Part shown: one piece after another, positions 6,202-11,669 of the stretch
Layout of the letters: the number at the start of each line of letters is the position of its first letter
Numbering within the stretch: the first letter of the stretch is position 1
Assembly: GCA_964247135.1 (NCBI GenBank)
Contig: CAXTTL010000153.1
Span: forward strand, 1-11,669
Reading direction: 5' to 3'
DNA: 11,669 bases
Source: an uncultured Deinococcales bacterium
Lineage (GTDB): Bacteria > Deinococcota > Deinococci > Deinococcales > JAAFIG01
Program-made: the position numbers and the translations under genes
The notes under the pieces: generated by a model
Seen by the model: only the letters and a program-made list of their open reading frames with translations
The model's database searches: none
What the model was told of the DNA's origin: nothing

Positions 6202-7950
6202 ATGAAAAAAGCTTTAATCGCGGCAATCGGTCTGGTTCTGGGAAGTCAAGCCCTGGCAGCCCCGTTTGTCTGGTCTGGCAAGTGGACCTCGAGCAAACCA
6301 GCCGAGGTCAAAACGGGTGGCGTGATGCGCTGGACGAACCTGTCAGATCACAAGACGCTTAACCCCTTCACCACCGCCGAAACGGGCAATATTCCTGGGC
6401 AGGTGGCAGCCACTGGAGGCTTTTTTATTCTCGATCCGGTCACGCTCGATCAAGTGCCTTACATGGCGGAGTCGTACACGGTCTCAAAAGACAAATTGAC
6501 CTGGACCTTCAACATTCGCAAAGGTATGAAATGGTCGGACGGCAAACCGATTGTGGCAGACGATTGGGTGACCACCTTCAAAATTCATACCGACGAAGAT
6601 GTGGGTTCAAATTCTTTTGACAGCTTTTTTATCAACGACAAACCCGTGGTCGTCAGCAAAGTAGACTCTGATACCGTCAAAATAAGCTTCCCCTCCGTCA
6701 GCGCCACCGCCCTCGAGACGGTCGGGTTTGCGCCTTGGCCCGCGCACGTTTTTGCGCCCATCTACGCCGCCAAAGGTGCGGCGGGCATCAAAGCGATGTG
6801 GACGCTCTCGGAAAAACCCGAGAACATTGTCTCGAGCGGACCGTTTAAATACGTGTCCTACAAGGCGAGTGAGCGTTTGACCGTCGAAAAAAACCCGTAC
6901 TTTGCCGAATGGAACAAAGATTCGGCGGGAAACGGACTGCCTTACTTGGACGGTTATGTGCAATTGATCGTCAAAGATTTGACCGCCGACCTGGCGCAAT
7001 TCTTGGCAGGACAAACCGATATTTACGCCCCACCAAACGCCGATGCTTTGGGACAGGTCAAGCGGGCTGTCGATGGCGGCAACCTCAAAGCGGTCTTGCG
7101 AGCCAACGTTGGACCCGCCGCCTCGAGCCAATGGATTGTTTTTAATTGGAACCGTAAATCTGATCCGTTCAAACAAAAACTGTTCAGGGATGTCAACTTC
7201 CGCCGTGCAATGAGTCACCTGACAAACCGTGCGGCAATGGTGGACATCGTTCTGGGCGGTTTGGGCGCACCAGCCTACTCGAGCGTCTACGCGGCATTCA
7301 AGGACTGGGTTTCGCCAAATTTGCAAAAATTTGATTACAACCTCGAGGCTGCCAAAGGACTGCTCGCCAAAGTTGGTTTCAGCAAACGCAATGCCGATGG
7401 TTGGTTGGTGGATCGTGCAGGCAAGGTGCTCGAGTTTGACCTGAACACCAACGCGGGCAACACCAACCGCGAGCAACTGGCGAAGATTTTTGCCGACGAA
7501 GCCAAAAAAATTGGGGTCAAAGTCAATTTCAAACCGATTGATTTCAACTCTTTGGTGGCGGCGCTTTTACAAGAGGGTGAAGATCGCAAATTTGACGCCA
7601 TCTTGCTGGGACTTGCCAACGGCAGCATCGTATACCCGCTCGGCAACAACGTCGAACCTTGCGGCACGAACCTGCACGCCTTTAACAAGTCAGGCAAATG
7701 CCTTGAGCCTTGGGAATCGCAAGTCAGCGCCCTGTACTTCAGGGGCAAGTCCGAACTCGACACCGCCAAGCGCAAAGAGATCACCCACCAGATTCAAGAG
7801 GTTCAATCGGGTGCTCAAGCCTGGGATTACCTGATCTCGCCCAACGTCCACAACGCCTGGAATGCCCGTCTGCACGGCGAATTCCCCCAGGGCGTAATGA
7901 ATTCCATCACTGGACTCAACTATTACGAACTCGCCTGGGTCAGCCAATAA
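6202..7950 (+). CDS. ABC transporter substrate-binding protein, family 5 (peptide/nickel/oligosaccharide; OppA/DppA-like)
   Basis: AAGGAGG RBS at 6191-6197. SPase I signal peptide MKKALIAAIGLVLGSQALA with no lipobox. Motifs KTLNP, AESYTVSKDKLTWTFNIRKGMKWSDGKPIVADD, SGPF, KNPYF, FRRAM. Confidence 0.93.
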   Translation: MKKALIAAIGLVLGSQALAAPFVWSGKWTSSKPAEVKTGGVMRWTNLSDHKTLNPFTTAETGNIPGQVAATGGFFILDPVTLDQVPYMAESYTVSKDKLTWTFNIRKGMKWSDGKPIVADDWVTTFKIHTDEDVGSNSFDSFFINDKPVVVSKVDSDTVKISFPSVSATALETVGFAPWPAHVFAPIYAAKGAAGIKAMWTLSEKPENIVSSGPFKYVSYKASERLTVEKNPYFAEWNKDSAGNGLPYLDGYVQLIVKDLTADLAQFLAGQTDIYAPPNADALGQVKRAVDGGNLKAVLRANVGPAASSQWIVFNWNRKSDPFKQKLFRDVNFRRAMSHLTNRAAMVDIVLGGLGAPAYSSVYAAFKDWVSPNLQKFDYNLEAAKGLLAKVGFSKRNADGWLVDRAGKVLEFDLNTNAGNTNREQLAKIFADEAKKIGVKVNFKPIDFNSLVAALLQEGEDRKFDAILLGLANGSIVYPLGNNVEPCGTNLHAFNKSGKCLEPWESQVSALYFRGKSELDTAKRKEITHQIQEVQSGAQAWDYLISPNVHNAWNARLHGEFPQGVMNSITGLNYYELAWVSQ

Positions 7951-7959
7951 ATCAAGCTC

Positions 7960-7983
7960 GAGGGGCAGGTTTTCTTGCTCCTC
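7960..7983 (+). other. Intercistronic stem-loop (mRNA-stabilising or weak terminator)
   Basis: GAGGGGCAGG-TTTT-CTTGCTCCTC: 10-bp stem with two G-U pairs and no downstream U-tract. Confidence 0.55.
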
Positions 7984-8006
7984 ACGCGGTTCTCTCGAGG
8001 TAGACC

Positions 8007-8990
8007 ATGTTGCCCTTCATCTTAAAGCGCCTGCTCAACCTGATCCCAGTTTTTATCGGTGCGACCGCACTGGCGTTTTTTATCGTCCAAGCCGCACCAG
8101 GAGATTTCCTCGACACGCGCCGCATGGACCCTCGCAGCAAACCCGAAACCATCGCACGGCTCGAGACTCATTTTGGTTTGGACAAGCCCGTGCCTGTGCA
8201 GTACGTCATCTGGTTGAAAAATCTGGTCGGCGGGGATTTGGGAACATCCTTTGATTTTGACCGTCCCGTAATCGAAGTGATCGCGCCCCGCATCGCCAAT
8301 TCCTTGCTGCTGGTGGTGGGAAACATTATTTTGCTCTGGCTGCTGGCGATTCCGCTCGGTGTTTACGGTGCGGTGCGACAGTACAGCTTGGGCGATAAAA
8401 CCCTCAGTTTTGGCTCGTATATTTTTCTCGGCTTTCCAAGTTTTTTTCTCGGCTTGATCGTCGTGTACCTGCTGCTGCAATTCAAATTTGCCACTGGTAA
8501 TTTGATTTTCCCCTTGGGCGGCATGACCTCGGCGGGCAACGAAAACTTTTCACCGATCAAACAGATTTTTGACGTGCTCTGGCATTCGGTCGCCCCCATT
8601 TTGACCCTGACCATCATTGGCGTGGCAGGACTCTCGAGGTTCATGCGCGGACAGATGCTCGAGTTTCTGGACGCCGATTTTGTGCGCACCGCCAAAGCCA
8701 AAGGTTTGTCGCAACGTGCGGTCGTGTACAAGCACGCCCTGCGCAATGCACTGCTGCCCTTCGTGGCAAACATCGGCGGCATCTTGCCTGCGCTTGTGGG
8801 CGGCGCAGGTTTTGTCGAACAGGTTTTTAACTGGCCTGGAATTACACCCTTACTGCTCGCCTCCGTCAACTCTCAAGATTTATACGTTTTTCTGGGCTTG
8901 ATCGCCTTAACGCTGGTGCTGCTGATTTTTGGAAATCTGATTTCAGATTTGCTTTTGGCAGTGGTCGATCCTCGAGTGCGATTTGAGTGA
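8007..8990 (+). CDS. ABC transporter permease, OppB/DppB family
   Basis: FILKRLL, APGD, FGLDKP..VQY..WL....GDLGTSF, EAA loop DFVRTAKAKGLS...YKHALRNA, EQVFNWPG, DPRVR. Confidence 0.95.
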   Translation: MLPFILKRLLNLIPVFIGATALAFFIVQAAPGDFLDTRRMDPRSKPETIARLETHFGLDKPVPVQYVIWLKNLVGGDLGTSFDFDRPVIEVIAPRIANSLLLVVGNIILLWLLAIPLGVYGAVRQYSLGDKTLSFGSYIFLGFPSFFLGLIVVYLLLQFKFATGNLIFPLGGMTSAGNENFSPIKQIFDVLWHSVAPILTLTIIGVAGLSRFMRGQMLEFLDADFVRTAKAKGLSQRAVVYKHALRNALLPFVANIGGILPALVGGAGFVEQVFNWPGITPLLLASVNSQDLYVFLGLIALTLVLLIFGNLISDLLLAVVDPRVRFE

Positions 8991-9107
8991 TCTGTAGGAG
9001 CGCTGCGACCATGCCCGTTAGGTGCATTTTATGGTCAAGAAGCTTGCTGCCATTTAATCCAGAAACTCGTTTCTCATACCAAAAAATGTACTTTACCTCA
9101 CCTGAAG

Positions 9108-9227
9108 CCCTCATCCGGCGCTACGCGCCACCTTCTCCCGCAGGGAGAAGGAAAACCCCTCGAGCCAAACGTGTAGAGCAATGAACCCCCCTTCTCTCCT
9201 TGAAGAGAAGGGTCGGGGATGAGAGGG
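9108..9227. repeat. Composite inverted intergenic hairpin repeat (CIR/RIME/BoxC-like)
   Basis: Left arm 9108-9151: CCCTCATCC-GGCGC.TAC.GCGCC-A-CCTTCTCCC.GCA.GGGAGAAGG. Right arm 9189-9227: CCCTTCTCT.CCTTGA.AGAGAAGGG-TCGGGGATGAGAGGG. CTCATCC (9110-9116) is complementary to GGATGAG (9217-9223). Confidence 0.75.
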
Positions 9228-9286
9228 AACGCGCACTTGCCCCCTCCCAAGCCCTCAAAACCCTCTCTCAAACCACAGGTAAACCC

Positions 9287-10432
9287 ATGACCATTGCTGC
9301 AAAACCTTCAAACCAAAAACTCGAGCCTGCCGCTCGAGGTCAATCTCAGGCGCAGGTGGTTTGGGCGCAATTCAAAAAACACCAGTTGGCGATTTTTGGG
9401 GCGCTGATTCTGGGCGTGTTGTATTTGGGCGCGATTTTTGCGCCGTTCATCGCGCCCTACGGCATGGCGGAGTACAGCACCACGGACATCACCAAGTACC
9501 AACCGCCGACCAGGGTGTACTTTTCTGATCCCCAAACGGGGCAACTCGAGTTGCCGTTTGTTTACGCCAGCAAACGCACGATCAACCAAGAGACGTTTCA
9601 AACCACCTACCTCGAGGATCGTTCCGTAAAATATCCGTTGCGCTTGTTTGTGCGTCGTCCGCTCGAGCCGTATAAGTTTTTGGGTTTGATTCCAGGCGAT
9701 CTGCATTTGTTCGGTGTCGATCAGCCTCGCAAAGTGTTTTTGCTTGGTACGGACGGTTACGGGCGCGATCTGTTCACCCGCATTTGGTACGGGGCGCAAA
9801 TTTCGCTGACCATCGGAATTATTTCGACGCTGGTGATCAACATTTTGGGTGTTGTGCTGGGCGGCATCGCAGGCTTTTACCGTGGTTGGCTCGACAACCT
9901 GATCATGCGCTTTACCGAAATTCTGGCGGCGATTCCCGACATTTTTTTGCTGATCGCTCTAACGGCACTGCTGCCGCAAAACCTCGACCCAATTCTGGTG
10001 TTTTACGGCATTGTGGTGATGCTTGGTTTTATCAATTGGGGCGGTCTGGCGCGGGTCATGCGCGGGCAAATTCTGGCGATGCGAGATGCCGACTTTGTCC
10101 AAGCCGCGATTGCACTGGGTGCGTCGGAGGCTCGAGTGATCGGGCGGCACATGCTGCCCAACAATGCCTCGTTTTTGATTGTCAATGCCTCCCTCGCCAT
10201 TCCTGGTTTTATTCTTGCCGAATCTGGACTTTCTTTTATTGGTCGCGGCATCCGTGAACCGTACTCGAGTTGGGGGTTGTTGTTAAACGATGTGACCCAA
10301 GGTGGTTTCTCGAGTTTTACGGATCGTCCGTGGGTATTAATTCCTGGTTTTTTTATTGTTTTAACGATTCTGTCTTGGAATTTTGTGGGTGACGGTTTAC
10401 GCGATGCGCTCGACCCGAAAAAACGCAGGTGA
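9287..10432 (+). CDS. ABC transporter permease, OppC/DppC family
   Basis: WAQFKKHQLA, LLGTDGYGRDLFTRIWYGAQISL, DNLIMRFTE, EAA loop DFVQAAIALGAS, ESGLSFIG, GDGLRDALDP. Start at ATG 9287, because the track's 9200 start lies inside the repeat element. Confidence 0.95.
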   Translation: MTIAAKPSNQKLEPAARGQSQAQVVWAQFKKHQLAIFGALILGVLYLGAIFAPFIAPYGMAEYSTTDITKYQPPTRVYFSDPQTGQLELPFVYASKRTINQETFQTTYLEDRSVKYPLRLFVRRPLEPYKFLGLIPGDLHLFGVDQPRKVFLLGTDGYGRDLFTRIWYGAQISLTIGIISTLVINILGVVLGGIAGFYRGWLDNLIMRFTEILAAIPDIFLLIALTALLPQNLDPILVFYGIVVMLGFINWGGLARVMRGQILAMRDADFVQAAIALGASEARVIGRHMLPNNASFLIVNASLAIPGFILAESGLSFIGRGIREPYSSWGLLLNDVTQGGFSSFTDRPWVLIPGFFIVLTILSWNFVGDGLRDALDPKKRR

Positions 10433-10447
10433 TTTTAAGGAGGTCGT

Positions 10448-11669
10448 ATGAAAAAATATGTTGTTCCGCTGCTGGTGATCGGTTTGGGCATGGCGCTGGC
10501 TGCCACGCCCAAGAATGCCCTGATCGAAATCATTCAAGATGTTCCCGCCACGCTTGACCCCAGTCAGGCGTATGACACAGGCTCGAGTCAGTTGGTCGAG
10601 AATGTTTACGATCAATTGCTGGGTTATAAGGGCGCAGACATCAAAACCCTTGTGCCGCTGCTGGCGACCGAGTACAAGGCTTCCAACGCCGCCAAAACCT
10701 GGACGTTTACTTTGCGCAAAAACGTCAAGTTTCAGAACGGCGACACCCTGACATGTGACGATGCGGCGTACACGTTCCGCCGTGCGGTGATTGTGAATAA
10801 CCCAAACACTTGGGGCGGCATGATCCTTGGAACGACCATGTTTGGCACAACCGAAAATGCGAGTAGCGATAAATCCATCACCTGGGACAAAATCTCGAGC
10901 GCGATCTCTTGCAACTCGAGCGGACAACTGGTCTTTAAACTGAGCTTGCCCGACGCCTCAATGCCGTACAAGGTCGCGTACACGGCGGCGGGCATCATCA
11001 GTCAAAAGTATGCGGTTGCCAACAATGAGTGGAGCGGCACTTCAAGCGATTGGAAAGCCTGGATCGGTAAGGATTTGCAGGAAGCCAACGGCTTTTTGAA
11101 CACCAACATGATGGGCGCCGGACCCTATCAACTGATTTCCAAAAGCCAAACCCAGTATGTTTTCAAGGCTTTCGCGGGCTATTGGGGCGGCAAACCCGAC
11201 CTCGAGAATGTCATTTTGCAAGTTGTCCCAGAGGAAGCCACCCGCATTCTGGCACTCCAAAAAGGTGATGCCGACACGCTTGGCGCGACCGTTTCGCGCC
11301 CTGGTTTGGCGCAGCTTCAGGGTATCGCTGGCGTCAAGATCATGGATGACCTACCCAACCTGACCGCCTCGGCGATTTTCATGAATCAAAACATCAAAGA
11401 CCCTGCGATTTTGGGCGGTGGCACCTTGAACGAAAAGGGAATGCCTGCGAATTTCTTCAGTGACATCAACGTTCGCAAGGGCTTTGCGGCGGCTTACGAT
11501 TACAACCGTCACATCAGCGAGATTTTACTGACCAAAGGCAAACGCCGCACGATGGCGCTGCCCGAAAATTTCATCGGGTACGACCCAAGCATTCCGCTGG
11601 CGCAATTTAACCTCGAGAAAGCCAAAGGGTTTTTCAAGAAAGCGTTTAATGGCAAACTCTGGGAGACTG
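10448..11669 (+). CDS. Second family-5 ABC substrate-binding protein (truncated by window end; absent from the ORF track)
   Basis: AAGGAGG RBS at 10437-10443. Manual translation: MKKYVVPLLVIGLGMALA-ATPKN...TLDPSQAYD...ENVYDQLL...PLLATEY...TWTFTLRKNVKFQNGD...GAGPYQL...YWGGKP...FFSDINVRKGF. Frame open to the end of the window. Confidence 0.93.
   Translation, partial: MKKYVVPLLVIGLGMALAATPKNALIEIIQDVPATLDPSQAYDTGSSQLVENVYDQLLGYKGADIKTLVPLLATEYKASNAAKTWTFTLRKNVKFQNGDTLTCDDAAYTFRRAVIVNNPNTWGGMILGTTMFGTTENASSDKSITWDKISSAISCNSSGQLVFKLSLPDASMPYKVAYTAAGIISQKYAVANNEWSGTSSDWKAWIGKDLQEANGFLNTNMMGAGPYQLISKSQTQYVFKAFAGYWGGKPDLENVILQVVPEEATRILALQKGDADTLGATVSRPGLAQLQGIAGVKIMDDLPNLTASAIFMNQNIKDPAILGGGTLNEKGMPANFFSDINVRKGFAAAYDYNRHISEILLTKGKRRTMALPENFIGYDPSIPLAQFNLEKAKGFFKKAFNGKLWET

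Larger units (their letters stand above)
66..11617. repeat. Dispersed highly iterated palindrome CTCGAG (about 82 copies)
   Basis: Manual count: rsmA 8, carD 2, amylase 14, MBL 10, CIA30 8, wHTH 6, SBP1 7, permease B 4, permease C 8, SBP2 5, intergenic 10. Confidence 0.95.

Noticed and set aside
6607-7476. 289-aa - strand ORF, and similar antisense ORFs over the ABC genes
   Set aside because: Antisense shadows of well-supported genes, expected from codon bias.
8994-9016. GTAGGAGCGCTGCGACCATGCCC as a second REP
   Set aside because: It starts with GTAG but the palindrome is too degenerate to support the call.
8987-9184. 65-aa ORF overlapping the permease B stop (GTGA)
   Set aside because: It runs through the hairpin repeat and has no protein-like features, so it is probably non-coding.
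66-11617. CTCGAG sites as a CRISPR or tandem array, or as an XhoI cloning/concatemer artefact
   Set aside because: Spacing is irregular and reading frames of recognisable genes run intact through the sites, which ligated restriction fragments would not give.

Overview
Chromosomal, non-mobile-looking window, probably from a Deinococcota (Deinococcales-like) bacterium. That assignment is inferred from several apparently leaderless genes, non-lipoprotein family-5 binding proteins and a Deinococcus-type wHTH protein. Gene content in order: rsmA and carD (- strand); a secreted GH13 alpha-amylase with an X25/CBM-like module inserted inside domain B; an MBL-fold hydrolase divergent from a secreted CIA30-family gene; a wHTH regulator; and a peptide/nickel-type ABC operon (binding protein, two permeases, then a second binding protein that runs off the window and is missing from the ORF track). 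The dominant unexplained signal is the palindrome CTCGAG. I count about 82 copies by hand in 11.67 kb (about 7/kb, against about 3 expected in total). They occur in all three reading frames and in intergenic DNA, like cyanobacterial HIP1. Copies form a terminator stem, sit inside a promoter, bound the amylase domain insertion in frame, and form the core of a 14-bp direct repeat flanking the MBL gene. Also present: a GTAG-type REP and a CIR/RIME/BoxC-like composite hairpin element. All counts and family calls were made by eye, without database searches.
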